DNA of 64,000 nucleotides, taken from the sequence record SRR31156797_3690; one strand, 5' to 3'. The notes below the pieces were generated by a model, which made no database searches, was not told the origin of the DNA, and was given only the letters and a program-made list of their open reading frames with translations. Both the position numbers and the translations under genes were made by a program. Of this stretch, positions 1-10,273 are shown one piece after another; within the stretch, counting starts at the first letter, position 1, and each line of letters opens with the position of its first letter.

Positions 1-1
1 T

Positions 2-1384
2 ACTGGTAAAACCGCCGCATTTGGTTTGCCAATGTTAGAAAAAATCGACCCAGCGAACCATCAACTACAAGGATTAGTGATTGCCCCAACCCGTGAATTA
101 GCGATCCAAACCCAAGAAGAATTGTATCGTCTTGGTAAAGACAAAAAAATTCGCGTTCAAGCAGTTTACGGTGGAGCCGATATCGGCCGTCAAATCCGTC
201 AATTAAAAGATCGTCCCCATATCGTAGTTGGTACGCCAGGACGTATGTTAGACCATATCAACCGCCACACCTTAAAATTAGGTACGGTTGAAACGCTTGT
301 ATTAGATGAAGCAGACGAAATGTTGAACATGGGCTTCTTGGAAGATATTGAAAAAATCATCAGCCAAGTGCCAGATGTTCGTCAAACGTTACTATTTTCA
401 GCAACAATGCCGCCAGCAATCAAAAATATCGGCGTGAAATTCATGAAAGAGCCTGAACATGTTCAAATCAAAGCCAAAGAAATGACCGCTGATTTGATTG
501 ATCAATACTATGTTCGCTCAAAAGATTACGAAAAATTCGATGTCATGACTCGTTTGTTGGATGTGCAATCACCAGAATTGACGATCGTTTTCGGTCGTAC
601 GAAACGTCGTGTTGATGAATTGGCACGTGGTTTAGAAGCCCGTGGCTACAAAGCTGAAGGCATTCATGGGGACCTTTCTCAACAAAAACGGATGAGCGTT
701 TTACGTTCATTTAAGAGTGGTCAATTAGATATCTTAGTTGCCACAGACGTAGCAGCTCGCGGATTAGATATTTCTGGTGTTACACACGTTTACAACTACG
801 ATATCCCTCAAGATCCTGAAAGCTATGTTCACCGGATCGGACGTACAGGTCGTGCCGGAAAAGGCGGAATGTCAGTGACTTTCGTTACACCAAACGAAAT
901 GAGCTACTTGCATGTCATTGAAAACTTAACGAAAAAACGGATGACACCAATGCGCCCACCAACCGAAAAAGAAGCTTTTAAAGGTCAATTAGGTGCCGCA
1001 ATCGAATCTGTTGAAACAAAATTGGATGAAAATGGTTTGGATAAATACTTGCAAGCAGCCGACGATCTTTTGGAACGTTATTCTGCACAAGATTTAGCAG
1101 CACTGCTTCTAAAAACAATGGCGAAAGATCCAGCTGATTTAGAACCAGTCAAAATCACACCAGAACGCCCATTACCTCAAGGAAAAAAATCATTCAATAA
1201 AAACGGACGTCGCAGCAATAACAGCAATGGCGGCAATCGTAACCGCAAAGAAAACGGTGGGAACCGTAGCGGCGGCAACGGCAATAAAGCCCGTGGTAAC
1301 TATTCAAAAGATGGTGCCCGTAAAAACAATCGCCGTAGCAACGACAAAAAACGCGGTTTCGTTATCAGAAATAACCAAGACTAA
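2..1384 (+). CDS. cshA: DEAD-box RNA helicase CshA (5' end outside window)
   Basis: Frame open from base 2 (TGKTAAFGL, motif I); PTRELA, GTPGR, LDEADEM, SAT and HRIGRTGR motifs; basic Asn/Gly/Arg-rich tail. Confidence 0.95.
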   Translation, partial: TGKTAAFGLPMLEKIDPANHQLQGLVIAPTRELAIQTQEELYRLGKDKKIRVQAVYGGADIGRQIRQLKDRPHIVVGTPGRMLDHINRHTLKLGTVETLVLDEADEMLNMGFLEDIEKIISQVPDVRQTLLFSATMPPAIKNIGVKFMKEPEHVQIKAKEMTADLIDQYYVRSKDYEKFDVMTRLLDVQSPELTIVFGRTKRRVDELARGLEARGYKAEGIHGDLSQQKRMSVLRSFKSGQLDILVATDVAARGLDISGVTHVYNYDIPQDPESYVHRIGRTGRAGKGGMSVTFVTPNEMSYLHVIENLTKKRMTPMRPPTEKEAFKGQLGAAIESVETKLDENGLDKYLQAADDLLERYSAQDLAALLLKTMAKDPADLEPVKITPERPLPQGKKSFNKNGRRSNNSNGGNRNRKENGGNRSGGNGNKARGNYSKDGARKNNRRSNDKKRGFVIRNNQD

Positions 1385-1395
1385 TTGAGTTTGTG

Positions 1396-1427
1396 GACCT
1401 TGTAAGGAAACTTGCAAGGTCTTTTTT
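1396..1427 (+). terminator. Intrinsic terminator after cshA
   Basis: GACCTTGTAAG-GAAA-CTTGCAAGGTC hairpin followed by a T run. Confidence 0.85.
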
Positions 1428-1586
1428 ATATAAAAAACAAATACGAGCAAATGAAAATCTTAATCTCCGTATAAACTCGTCAGATTTGAATGGTAATTCG
1501 CCATTTTTTTGGTAGAATGGTAACTAGCTAAACAAGGGCCAATTCCAATTTGGAAACCCCTATCTTAAGTAAAGGTAGCGAGAAGA

Positions 1587-1952
1587 ATGATTAAAGGAAT
1601 CGGGATCGATGCAGTCGAGCTGCCTCGAATGAAAGAATTAATTGAAAAAAAACCTCAGTTTATAACGCGTATTTTAACAGAGAAGGAAGCAAAATTATTT
1701 GCCCGTTTGCCCCTGAAACGTCAGGTAGAGTTCCTCGGGGGGCGCTATGCCTGCAAAGAAGCGTTCTCCAAAGCTTGGGGGACGGGGATCGGCAAAGTTT
1801 CTTTTCATGATATTGAAGTCTTGACCAATGAATTCGGTGCACCGATCGTTACCAAAGCACCGCACCCTTTAGAAAAAACGTTTGTCAGTATCACCCATAC
1901 AAATGATACTGCCTTTGCACAAATTATCTTAGAAGTATCGGATAGTGAGTAA
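1587..1952 (+). CDS. acpS: Holo-[acyl-carrier-protein] synthase
   Basis: GIGID and GRYACKEAFSKAWGTG motifs, VSITH; conserved acpS-alr order. Confidence 0.95.
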   Translation: MIKGIGIDAVELPRMKELIEKKPQFITRILTEKEAKLFARLPLKRQVEFLGGRYACKEAFSKAWGTGIGKVSFHDIEVLTNEFGAPIVTKAPHPLEKTFVSITHTNDTAFAQIILEVSDSE

Positions 1953-2073
1953 CCTGAGTGGAAGTCGTCACTTGGTGAAAAAACTACGATACTTTATGGA
2001 CGAACAGCCGACTACATAAAACCAACTTAATTTGTTTGTCTGATCAAGCATTAGTAGAAAGAAGGAACTGGAA

Positions 2074-3195
2074 ATGGTGGTTGCTTACCATAGACCAACG
2101 AAAGCGATTATTGATACGACCGCGATTACCGAAAACATCAAAAATGAGATTGCTCACTTACCAAGCGAGACGTTTCTTTTTGCGGTGGTAAAAGCTAATG
2201 GGTACGGGCACGGAGCGGTACAAACTGCTCAAGCAGCCAAAGAAGGCGGTGCAGCCGGTTTTTGCGTTGCGACGATCGATGAGGCAATCGAATTGCGAGA
2301 AGCAGGAATCACTGACCCGCTGCTGATTTTAGGGGTTGTGAACGTGCAAGATATTCCCTTACTTGCAGAATACGATTTTTCTTTTCCAGTCGCTTCGATG
2401 GACTGGTTGGTAGAAGCCGGTACTTATTTGGAAGAGAATCCTATAAAGACACCGCTTAAAGTACATGTCAAAGTGGATACCGGCATGGGGAGAATCGGTT
2501 TTTTGACCCCAGAAGAAGTGCTTCAAGCCGTTCTTTGGTTGGAAACTCATCCCACATTTGATTGGGAAGGAATCTTTACCCATTTCTCCACAGCCGATCA
2601 AGCTGATACAACTTATTGGGAAACACAGCACCAGCGGTTTAAAGAAGTCTTAACTGTTTTGCCTTATTTGCCGACATATATACATACAGGCAATAGCGCG
2701 ACCTCCTTGTGGCACAAAGAGGCCGTTGGGAATATGGTCCGTTTTGGGATCGCGATGTATGGATTGAATCCGTCAGGTCATGCATTGAAGGAACCATTTT
2801 CCTTAAAACCAGCCCTTTCACTTGTTTCTGAACTGATCCAAGTGAAATTACTTGAAAAAGGAGCGGGGATTGGCTATGGTGAGACATATATCACGCCCCA
2901 TCAGGAATGGATCGGCACTGTGCCTATCGGTTATGCGGATGGCTGGTTACGAAAAATGCAAGGCTTCTCACTCTTAGTAGAAGGTGAACCTTGTGAAATC
3001 GTCGGTCGGGTGTGTATGGATCAACTGATGATTCGTTTGCCGCGAGCCTTTGCTGTCGGTACAACGGTCACGTTGATTGGTGAGAATCATGGGAAACGAA
3101 TTACGATGCAGGATGTTGCAGACCAGTTAGAAACGATTCACTATGAAGTAGCGTGCACCCTCTCAGCAAGGGTTCCGCGAGAATATAAAAGTTAG
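2074..3195 (+). CDS. alr: Alanine racemase
   Basis: AVVKANGYGHG PLP-lysine motif, KVDTGMGRIG, GYADG, GRVCMDQ. Confidence 0.97.
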   Translation: MVVAYHRPTKAIIDTTAITENIKNEIAHLPSETFLFAVVKANGYGHGAVQTAQAAKEGGAAGFCVATIDEAIELREAGITDPLLILGVVNVQDIPLLAEYDFSFPVASMDWLVEAGTYLEENPIKTPLKVHVKVDTGMGRIGFLTPEEVLQAVLWLETHPTFDWEGIFTHFSTADQADTTYWETQHQRFKEVLTVLPYLPTYIHTGNSATSLWHKEAVGNMVRFGIAMYGLNPSGHALKEPFSLKPALSLVSELIQVKLLEKGAGIGYGETYITPHQEWIGTVPIGYADGWLRKMQGFSLLVEGEPCEIVGRVCMDQLMIRLPRAFAVGTTVTLIGENHGKRITMQDVADQLETIHYEVACTLSARVPREYKS

Positions 3196-3204
3196 GGTGG
3201 TCCT

Positions 3205-3576
3205 ATGGTAAAAAGGGGAGATATTTATTTTGCCGATCTTTCACCAGTCGTTGGATCGGAGCAAGGCGGAATACGACCGGTCTTGATCATTCAAAATGAC
3301 TTGGGCAATCACTTCAGTCCCACCGTGATCATTGCGGCGATCACGGCAAAAATGGCGAAGCCAAAATTACCAACCCACATTGGGATTTCCGCTTCTTGCA
3401 CAGGGATTGGCAAAGACTCCGTCATTTTGATGGAACAGATCCGCACGATCGACAAAAGTCGGTTGAAAGAAAAAGTTTGTCATTTAGACGATAAAGTGAT
3501 GTGTGAAGTCGATGCTGCTTTGATGATCAGTATTGGTGTGGAGCCGACCTTTGCTACATCAACGATCGAGGTGTAA
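3205..3576 (+). CDS. mazF: MazF/PemK family endoribonuclease (EndoA-like)
   Basis: [30 protein letters not shown]...AAIT...EQIRTIDK closely resembles Bacillus EndoA; lies directly after alr. Confidence 0.93.
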   Translation: MVKRGDIYFADLSPVVGSEQGGIRPVLIIQNDLGNHFSPTVIIAAITAKMAKPKLPTHIGISASCTGIGKDSVILMEQIRTIDKSRLKEKVCHLDDKVMCEVDAALMISIGVEPTFATSTIEV

Positions 3577-3584
3577 AACAAGCA

Positions 3585-3881
3585 ATGGGGTATGTAGTAT
3601 TAATAGTAGTTGTCATTTTATTGATTCTCTTTACTTATAAACATATTCGCCGTTTTCTTTCAGAAACCAAAAAGCGCAACGAAACCATGGAACAAGGGTA
3701 TTACCTTGTCAGTCATACATATGAAGAGAAACGGGAACAGACCCATTATTACGGCGTTTTTCAACAAGGAGACAAAGAACTGATATTAGAAATGTCACTC
3801 CAGCTTTATTTACAGCTACAGCCACCGCAACGAGGGATGTTGACCGCCAAAGAAGGCCAAGTCCTTTCTTTTGAAGGGTGA
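3585..3881 (+). CDS. Small membrane-anchored hypothetical protein (DUF2500-like)
   Basis: 98 aa ORF with an N-terminal hydrophobic helix, 8 bp after the mazF stop. Confidence 0.7.
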   Translation: MGYVVLIVVVILLILFTYKHIRRFLSETKKRNETMEQGYYLVSHTYEEKREQTHYYGVFQQGDKELILEMSLQLYLQLQPPQRGMLTAKEGQVLSFEG

Positions 3882-4126
3882 TCATGTGAAGAAAGCAATG
3901 CCCATGAGAGAGTATCTCTTCAAGGAAAAGCAAACAAGCAGGAAAGAGCTGCTCCATTTATTTCACAGGAGTTGGTTCATTCGCTGCTTGTTTTTTATGA
4001 CTAAAATGTTTGTGAGAGCTATTTCAAGTAAGATGGCGTGATGGATGGGAACATTGAGCGTCGAAAAAAATGATCAACCAGCGCAGTAGAGCAACGGTTT
4101 CGCTTTGACAAACAACCAAGGTACGG

Positions 4127-4155
4127 TTGCTTTTCACAAAGAATTCAGTTATAGT
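4127..4155 (+). promoter_or_regulatory. sigma-A promoter of rlmN
   Basis: TTGCTT-17bp-TATAGT. Confidence 0.6.
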
Positions 4156-4187
4156 ATGTAGCGACTAGTTTGAAAAGAGGGAAAAAA

Positions 4188-5255
4188 GTGAACCCATCGA
4201 TTTATGGACTTACCAAATCAGATCTATCTTTGTGGATAACTGAACAAAACGAAAAGAAATTTCGAGCTAACCAAGTGTGGGAGTGGCTCTATGAAAAACG
4301 AGTAACCAGCTTTGAAGAAATGACCAATTTACCGAAACCTTTGATTGAGAAACTGACGGCAGCCTTTGTGATCAATCCCCTGAAGCAGATGGTGGTACAA
4401 GAAGCCAGTGATGGGACCGTCAAGTATTTATTTCAATTGCCCGACAATCACATGATTGAAACGGTCTTGATGCGTCAAGAGTATGGCATGTCGGTTTGTG
4501 TGACAACCCAAGTCGGTTGCAACATCGGCTGTACCTTTTGTGCCAGTGGGTTATTAAAGAAACAGCGGGATTTAACGGCAGGCGAGATCGTGGCTCAAAT
4601 CATGTTAGTACAACACTATTTTGATGAACGCAACGAGGGAGAACGGGTCTCTCACGTAGTCGTCATGGGGATCGGCGAACCCTTTGATAACTATGACAAT
4701 GTGATGCATTTCTTGCAGATCATTAACGACCCAAAAGGTTTAGCGATCGGTGCGCGGCATATTACCGTGTCAACCAGCGGCTTGGCGCATAAAATCAAAG
4801 AGTTTGCGGAGAACGGCTTGCAAGTGAACCTAGCGATTTCGCTGCATGCCCCAAATAATGAAGTCAGAACCTCCATGATGCGGATCAATCGGAGCTTCCC
4901 GATTGAAAAACTGATGGCAGCGGTCGATTATTATTTAGAAAAAACCAATCGTCGCATCACGTTTGAGTATATCATGCTGGATCATGTCAACGACCGACCG
5001 GAACATGCCCGTCAGTTGGCAGCATTATTGAAGGATAAAAAGAAATTGTCTTACGTCAACTTGATTCCTTATAACCCAGTGAGTGAGCATGACCAATATG
5101 CTCGAAGTAAAAAAGCCGATGTGTTAGCTTTTTATGACATTTTAAAGAAAAACGGCATCAACTGTGTGATTCGTAAAGAACATGGGACAGATATCGACGC
5201 AGCATGCGGACAGCTGCGAAGCAAACAAATGAAAAAAGAAGCTTCTGCTTCTTAA
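4188..5255 (+). CDS. rlmN: 23S rRNA m2A2503 / tRNA m2A37 methyltransferase RlmN
   Basis: Radical [26 protein letters not shown] at 4188 behind AAGAGG chosen over TTG at 4170. Confidence 0.95.
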   Translation: MNPSIYGLTKSDLSLWITEQNEKKFRANQVWEWLYEKRVTSFEEMTNLPKPLIEKLTAAFVINPLKQMVVQEASDGTVKYLFQLPDNHMIETVLMRQEYGMSVCVTTQVGCNIGCTFCASGLLKKQRDLTAGEIVAQIMLVQHYFDERNEGERVSHVVVMGIGEPFDNYDNVMHFLQIINDPKGLAIGARHITVSTSGLAHKIKEFAENGLQVNLAISLHAPNNEVRTSMMRINRSFPIEKLMAAVDYYLEKTNRRITFEYIMLDHVNDRPEHARQLAALLKDKKKLSYVNLIPYNPVSEHDQYARSKKADVLAFYDILKKNGINCVIRKEHGTDIDAACGQLRSKQMKKEASAS

Positions 5256-5260
5256 ACAAA

Positions 5261-5309
5261 AAAAACCGAAAGAAGGACTGCACAAGCGCAGTTCTTCTTT
5301 TGGTTTTTT
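5261..5309 (+). terminator. Intrinsic terminator after rlmN
   Basis: AAAAACCGAAAGAAGGACTGC / GCAGTTCTTCTTTTGGTTTTTT inverted repeat. Confidence 0.8.
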
Positions 5310-5451
5310 ATTATCTAAGCAATTAAAAAACGCCTTAAAGAAAGCGTATTCCTGTAAAGAAAATTCAAAAAACATTGTTTTACAAGAAAAAAATAGATTA
5401 TACTAAAAGCTGGTATTCATTAAAAATAACTTACTGTGAAAGGATGATTTG

Positions 5452-6135
5452 ATGGAATGGATTAAATTAATTGGTATTCTAGTTATTTTAGTCGGCTTTT
5501 TGCTGAAGCTAGATACTATTGCTGTCGTAATCGTTGCTGGTTTTGTCACCGCGCTTGTATCGGGAATTTCTGTTGTTGATTTTTTAACAATGTTAGGAGA
5601 AGCGTTTGTCAATAATCGACTCGTTACACTGTTCTTGTTGACATTACCAATGGTCGGCTTGTCGGAACGTTTTGGCTTGAAACAGCAGGCCGTCATATTG
5701 ATTGAAAAAATCAAAGGCTTGACACCAGGGAAGTTTTTGAGTTTGTACTTATTTATTCGGGAACTTGCTGGCTTTTTCTCTATTCGGATCCAAGGACATA
5801 CGCAATTTATCCGCCCAATCGTTAACCCGATGGCGCAAGCTGCTGGGGAAAATAAATTTGGGGAACTGGATGAAAAAGATCAGGAAAAAATCAAAGCTCG
5901 GGCTGCCGCTAATGAAAATTTCGGGAATTTCTTTGCGCAAAATACCTTCGTGGCTGCTTCTGGTGTGCTGTTGATCGTAGGAACGTTGCAATCACTTGGA
6001 TATGATGTGGCAGCTAGTTCGATCGCTCAAGCATCATTGCCGATCGCATTGATCGTCTTAGTTATTGCCACGTTATCGAACTTGCTCTTTGATCGCAAAT
6101 TAGCAAAAAAATATGGCAAGAAGGAGGAGAAATAG
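5452..6135 (+). CDS. DUF969 family membrane protein (putative 5-oxoproline transporter subunit)
   Basis: Hydrophobic; LGEAFVNNR, ERFGLK, GHTQFIRPIVNPMA and ENFGNFFAQN motifs; coupled to the DUF979 gene and pcp. Confidence 0.85.
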   Translation: MEWIKLIGILVILVGFLLKLDTIAVVIVAGFVTALVSGISVVDFLTMLGEAFVNNRLVTLFLLTLPMVGLSERFGLKQQAVILIEKIKGLTPGKFLSLYLFIRELAGFFSIRIQGHTQFIRPIVNPMAQAAGENKFGELDEKDQEKIKARAAANENFGNFFAQNTFVAASGVLLIVGTLQSLGYDVAASSIAQASLPIALIVLVIATLSNLLFDRKLAKKYGKKEEK

Positions 6136-7056
6136 ATGGAAGGAATCGTTAACGGATTACTAGAATTCTTTTATATCTTGATTGGGCTGCTGTCGATCAT
6201 GACGGCTGTCCGGGTTTTTCGTGAAGCAGACCATCCTACACGATTAGGCACCTCTGCCTTTTGGTTACTGCTAGGGGTCGTCTTTGCTTTCGGAAATTTT
6301 TTGCCGTATCTTGTGGACGGAATTTTGATCGTTTTGATGGGCTGTTTGACCTTCTTCAAACAAGTACAGATCGGTAAAATCGTCGACGTTGATGATGAAA
6401 AAGCTGAAGCGTCAGCAAAACGGATCGGTAGTACGATCTTCGTACCATGTATCAGCTTGGCATTGATCGCTGTGGTGATTTCTTATACACCATTAGGGGG
6501 CCAAGTGGGGATCGGGATTGCCTCGATCTTAGCACTCTTGTTGGCAGTCGTGCTAACTTCCGCTAAACCAAAAACAGTGTTAGACGATTCCGACCGGATG
6601 CTTCGCCAAGTCGGAACTGCCGGTATCTTGCCGCAGTTATTAGCAGCACTAGGTGTCATTTTTAACGCTGCTGGTGTTGGTGATGTGATTTCTCAAGGAA
6701 TCTCTGGCGTCGTGCCAGAAGGCAATCGTTTTATCGGTGTCGTGGCTTACTGTTTAGGAATGATGATCTTTACTATGATCATGGGAAATGGCTTTGCAGC
6801 ATTTACCGTTATAACTGCCGGTATTGGCGTACCTTTCGTAATGGCGCAAGGCGGCGATCCAGTTGTTGCTGGTGCTTTAGCAATGACCGCTGGTTTTTGC
6901 GGCACGTTGCTAACCCCGATGGCAGCCAATTTCAATGCACTGCCAGTGGCTTTGTTAGAGATGAAAGACCCTAATGGTGTCATTAAAGCACAAGCCCCAA
7001 TTGCTTTATTATTGTTAGTGATCCACATCGCTTTAATGTACTTTTGGGCATTTTAG
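6136..7056 (+). CDS. DUF979 family membrane protein (putative 5-oxoproline transporter subunit)
   Basis: Multi-TM; ILPQLLAALG, TMIMGNGFAAF and GFCGTLLTPMAANFN motifs. Confidence 0.85.
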   Translation: MEGIVNGLLEFFYILIGLLSIMTAVRVFREADHPTRLGTSAFWLLLGVVFAFGNFLPYLVDGILIVLMGCLTFFKQVQIGKIVDVDDEKAEASAKRIGSTIFVPCISLALIAVVISYTPLGGQVGIGIASILALLLAVVLTSAKPKTVLDDSDRMLRQVGTAGILPQLLAALGVIFNAAGVGDVISQGISGVVPEGNRFIGVVAYCLGMMIFTMIMGNGFAAFTVITAGIGVPFVMAQGGDPVVAGALAMTAGFCGTLLTPMAANFNALPVALLEMKDPNGVIKAQAPIALLLLVIHIALMYFWAF

Positions 7057-7077
7057 TGGTAAAACAGAGATGGAAGG

Positions 7078-7734
7078 ATGATGGAAATGAAACTATTAAT
7101 TACCGGATTTGATCCATTTGGCGGAGAAGCAATCAATCCTGCCTTAGAAGCAGTGAAATTACTGCCAGATACAATTCATGGTGCACAGATCGTGAAAGCA
7201 GAGATCCCCACTGTATTTGGGAAATCAGCGGCGATCGTCGAAGAGAAAATTGAAGAGGTCCACCCAGATGTCGTCTTAAACATCGGTCAAGCGGGCGGCC
7301 GGTTTGCCATCTCACCAGAACGAGTGGCAATCAATGTGGATGATGCCCGGATTCCTGATAATGAAGGCAATCAACCCGTCGATGAAGCGATCCAAACAGA
7401 AGGAAAGCCTGCCTACTTCACACAACTGCCAATCAAAGCAATGGTAGAAAATATGAAAAAAGCAGGAATACCTGCAGCCGTTTCTAATACTGCTGGAACT
7501 TTCGTCTGCAACCACATCATGTATCAAGTACAATACATGATCGATACAAAATACCCTGAAATGAAAGGCGGTTTTATTCACGTGCCATTTATTCCTCAGC
7601 AAGTCGTCGATAAAGCAGGACAGCCTGCAATGAGCATCGAAGACATCGCCAAAGGATTAACTGCAGCAGTGGAAGCTATCGTTGATTATGCCGACAAAGA
7701 AGATTTAAAAGCGATTGGCGGCGCGATCCATTAA
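7078..7734 (+). CDS. pcp: Pyroglutamyl-peptidase I
   Basis: [29 protein letters not shown] (catalytic Cys), GGFIHVP; true start may be 7081 or 7087. Confidence 0.95.
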   Translation: MMEMKLLITGFDPFGGEAINPALEAVKLLPDTIHGAQIVKAEIPTVFGKSAAIVEEKIEEVHPDVVLNIGQAGGRFAISPERVAINVDDARIPDNEGNQPVDEAIQTEGKPAYFTQLPIKAMVENMKKAGIPAAVSNTAGTFVCNHIMYQVQYMIDTKYPEMKGGFIHVPFIPQQVVDKAGQPAMSIEDIAKGLTAAVEAIVDYADKEDLKAIGGAIH

Positions 7735-7781
7735 TCATTGAAGGACATCCTTTCGAGGACAAAACAAAAGTTCTTAAAATG

Positions 7782-7820
7782 AAAAGACCTGATCAGTAAG
7801 CATGCGATCAGGTCTTTTTT
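7782..7820 (+). terminator. Intrinsic terminator after pcp
   Basis: AAAAGACCTGATC...GATCAGGTCTTTTTT. Confidence 0.85.
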
Positions 7821-8082
7821 GTCTGAATTTGATAAGAAATCATCCTTGTTTTCTGCATGTTTACTTTTCTATCAGACATTTCTCATTTTGATGACTGAAA
7901 TGAAAAAAGCAGACAGAAAATGAATGTAAGTTACATTTAACCATGTTTTTTTATTATTTTTTTCGCTTTATTTCTTATAAATAAAGAAAGGAAAAATAGC
8001 ATTTAACGAATGTTTGATGAGAGTAAGGTAAGTAAATACCAAGAAAACTTTCTTCCAAAGGTGTTTTTTATCGAAAAAGGGA

Positions 8083-8111
8083 TTGCTTTTTTAATAATTA
8101 TTAATTAAAAT
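8083..8111 (+). promoter_or_regulatory. sigma-A promoter of oppA; spacer holds the candidate TldR target
   Basis: TTGCTT (8083-8088)-17bp-TAAAAT (8106-8111); the spacer contains TTTAA followed by TAATTAT. Confidence 0.7.
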
Positions 8112-8136
8112 CTTATCTAACTTCAGAAATCGAATG

Positions 8137-8151
8137 ATTATTCTGAAAATT
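8137..8151 (+). promoter_or_regulatory. Putative CodY box in the oppA leader
   Basis: ATTATTCTGAAAATT, 13/15 match to AATTTTCWGAAAATT; opp genes are typical CodY targets. Confidence 0.6.
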
Positions 8152-8175
8152 AATTCAATTAAGGGGTAGGACAGG

Positions 8176-9837
8176 ATGAAAAATAAATGGGCCTATGGTT
8201 TAGTAGCTGTGTGTGGCGTGGTGTTAGCCGGCTGTACAACAGGCGGAACAAATAGTTCAAGCAATGACACAGCAACTAGCGGCGATAGCAACGCAGAACA
8301 AGTATTTAACGTAGTGGTTTCACAAGAAATGCCAAGTGCGGATCTTTCATTAGCAACCGATACGATCAGCTTCAGTGCATTGAACAATGTATATGAAGGC
8401 CTGTATCGTTTGGATGCTGACAGCACACCACAACCTGCTGGTGCAGCTGAAGCAGCTGAAGTCAGCGAGGATGGACTAACTTACAAGATCAAATTGCGTG
8501 AAGATGCGAAATGGTCAAATGGTGACCCTGTTACAGCAGCGGATTATGTTTATGGCTGGCAACGGACGGTCAAACCTGAAACTGCATCAGAATATGCGTA
8601 TCTATTTTCACCAGTCAAAAATGCGGATGCCATCACAGCTGGCGATACGGATCCATCAGAGCTAGGCATCAAAGCAGTGGGGGATTACGAATTAGAAATC
8701 ACCCTAGAAAAAGCAACACCTTACTTTGATTACTTATTAGCATTCCCATCATTCTTCCCACAAAATCAAAAAGTAGTGGAAGAAAATGGCGATCAATATG
8801 CATCAACAAGCGACAATGCCGTTTATAATGGACCATTTGTCCTGACTGGTTTTGATGGACCAGGAACGGATACAGAATGGGCTTATGAAAAGAACGATCA
8901 GTATTGGGACAAAGACACTGTTAAATTACAAACGATCAACGTAAGCGTCGTGAAAGAATCCTCAACTGCCTTGAATCTTTTCCAAGATGGTCAAGCAGAT
9001 GATGTCATCCTAACAGGTGAACTGGCGCAACAGATGGCTAACGACGAAGCATTCGTTTCTCAACCAGAAGCAACGACTTCTTACTTAGAATTGAATCAAC
9101 GTGATGAAGATTCACCTTTCCGTAACGAAAATTTGCGTAAAGCAATCTCTTATGCGATCGACCGTGATGCCTTAGTAACATCGATCTTAGGTGATGGTTC
9201 AATTGCTTCAAGTGGTTTGGTTCCAGAAGGCATGACTTTCAGCCCTGGCGATCATACAGACTTCACAGAAGCAGCTGGCAGCGTCATTAGCTACGATCAA
9301 GAGAAAGCAAAAGAATATTGGGAAAAAGCCAAAGAAGAATTAGGAATCGATTCATTAGAATTTGATATCTTAGCTTCTGATACAGACTCAACCAAGAAAA
9401 TCATTGAGTACTTGCAAGACACGATCGAAAAAACATTGGACGGTGTGAAAGTCACGTTAAGTCCAGTTCCATTCTCTGTTCGTTTGGATCGTTCAAATGC
9501 GGGTGATTTTGATACAGTAATGGGCGGTTGGGGTGCTGACTATGCCGATGCAAGTAGCTTTACTGACTTGTTTACGACAGGTAACTCATACAACCGTGGT
9601 CAATGGAGCAGTGAAGAATACGATGCAGCTGTAAAAGCAGCAGGTACGACCAATGCCAATGACCCTGACAAACGTTGGGAAGATTTAGTCAATGCAGAAA
9701 AAATCATTATGAATGAACAAGGTGTCATTCCAGTTTATCAAAAAGCGGAAGCACATTTACGTGCAACAAAAGTCAAAGGTGTTGTTGCTCACGCAGCGGG
9801 CGCACAATACGACTACAAGTGGACATCAATCGAATAA
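8176..9837 (+). CDS. oppA: Oligopeptide ABC transporter substrate-binding lipoprotein OppA
   Basis: Lipobox VLAGC; SBP family 5 signature (YEGLYR...SEDGLTYKIKLREDAKWSNGDPVTAADYV), NGPF, GWGADY. Confidence 0.93.
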   Translation: MKNKWAYGLVAVCGVVLAGCTTGGTNSSSNDTATSGDSNAEQVFNVVVSQEMPSADLSLATDTISFSALNNVYEGLYRLDADSTPQPAGAAEAAEVSEDGLTYKIKLREDAKWSNGDPVTAADYVYGWQRTVKPETASEYAYLFSPVKNADAITAGDTDPSELGIKAVGDYELEITLEKATPYFDYLLAFPSFFPQNQKVVEENGDQYASTSDNAVYNGPFVLTGFDGPGTDTEWAYEKNDQYWDKDTVKLQTINVSVVKESSTALNLFQDGQADDVILTGELAQQMANDEAFVSQPEATTSYLELNQRDEDSPFRNENLRKAISYAIDRDALVTSILGDGSIASSGLVPEGMTFSPGDHTDFTEAAGSVISYDQEKAKEYWEKAKEELGIDSLEFDILASDTDSTKKIIEYLQDTIEKTLDGVKVTLSPVPFSVRLDRSNAGDFDTVMGGWGADYADASSFTDLFTTGNSYNRGQWSSEEYDAAVKAAGTTNANDPDKRWEDLVNAEKIIMNEQGVIPVYQKAEAHLRATKVKGVVAHAAGAQYDYKWTSIE

Positions 9838-9866
9838 TCACGAGTAGTTGACTTGAAATGCCGAAG

Positions 9867-9900
9867 AAAAGGCTGGGACAATTTCTTGTCTCAGCCTTTT
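9867..9900. terminator. Bidirectional terminator between oppA and the DUF3899 gene
   Basis: AAAAGGCTGGGACAA-TTTC-TTGTCTCAGCCTTTT between convergent genes. Confidence 0.85.
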
Positions 9901-9937
9901 GCTTCTCATTTCAATGAGTAAAAATATAAGAGTGAAA

Positions 9938-10273
9938 TTAACTAGTAGCAATCATTAAAAAGAGCAATGAAAGGAATAACAAGAAGACACCAGGCCATAA
10001 CCAAAAGGCGTAACTCTGTTTGCCGACTTGGGATAATTTCAGATAATCTGTTTTATTTTTGGAAAAAGCTTTCTTCATGGAATATTGAAAATGGTCAAAG
10101 AAACCAGAAGCAAATACCCATAAAAAACCGCCAATGATCAAAAAGAACAGCGCCCACAAGAAAAGGGCATCTGAAAGAGCTGCTATGGAAAATTCATTTT
10201 TTATGGCTAACCATCCGCCAGAAATTGCGAGGCATAGGAGGGGTATGAGCCCACTACTTTTTTTTATTTTCAT
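9938..10273 (-). CDS. DUF3899-like small membrane protein
   Basis: 111 aa with 3 hydrophobic segments and an SGFFDHFQYS motif; RBS AAGGAG; typical neighbour of opp loci. Confidence 0.8.
   Translation of the reverse strand: MKIKKSSGLIPLLCLAISGGWLAIKNEFSIAALSDALFLWALFFLIIGGFLWVFASGFFDHFQYSMKKAFSKNKTDYLKLSQVGKQSYAFWLWPGVFLLFLSLLFLMIATS

Noticed and set aside
1190-1380. Low-complexity Asn/Gly/Arg repeats at the end of cshA
   Set aside because: Normal disordered basic tail of CshA helicases
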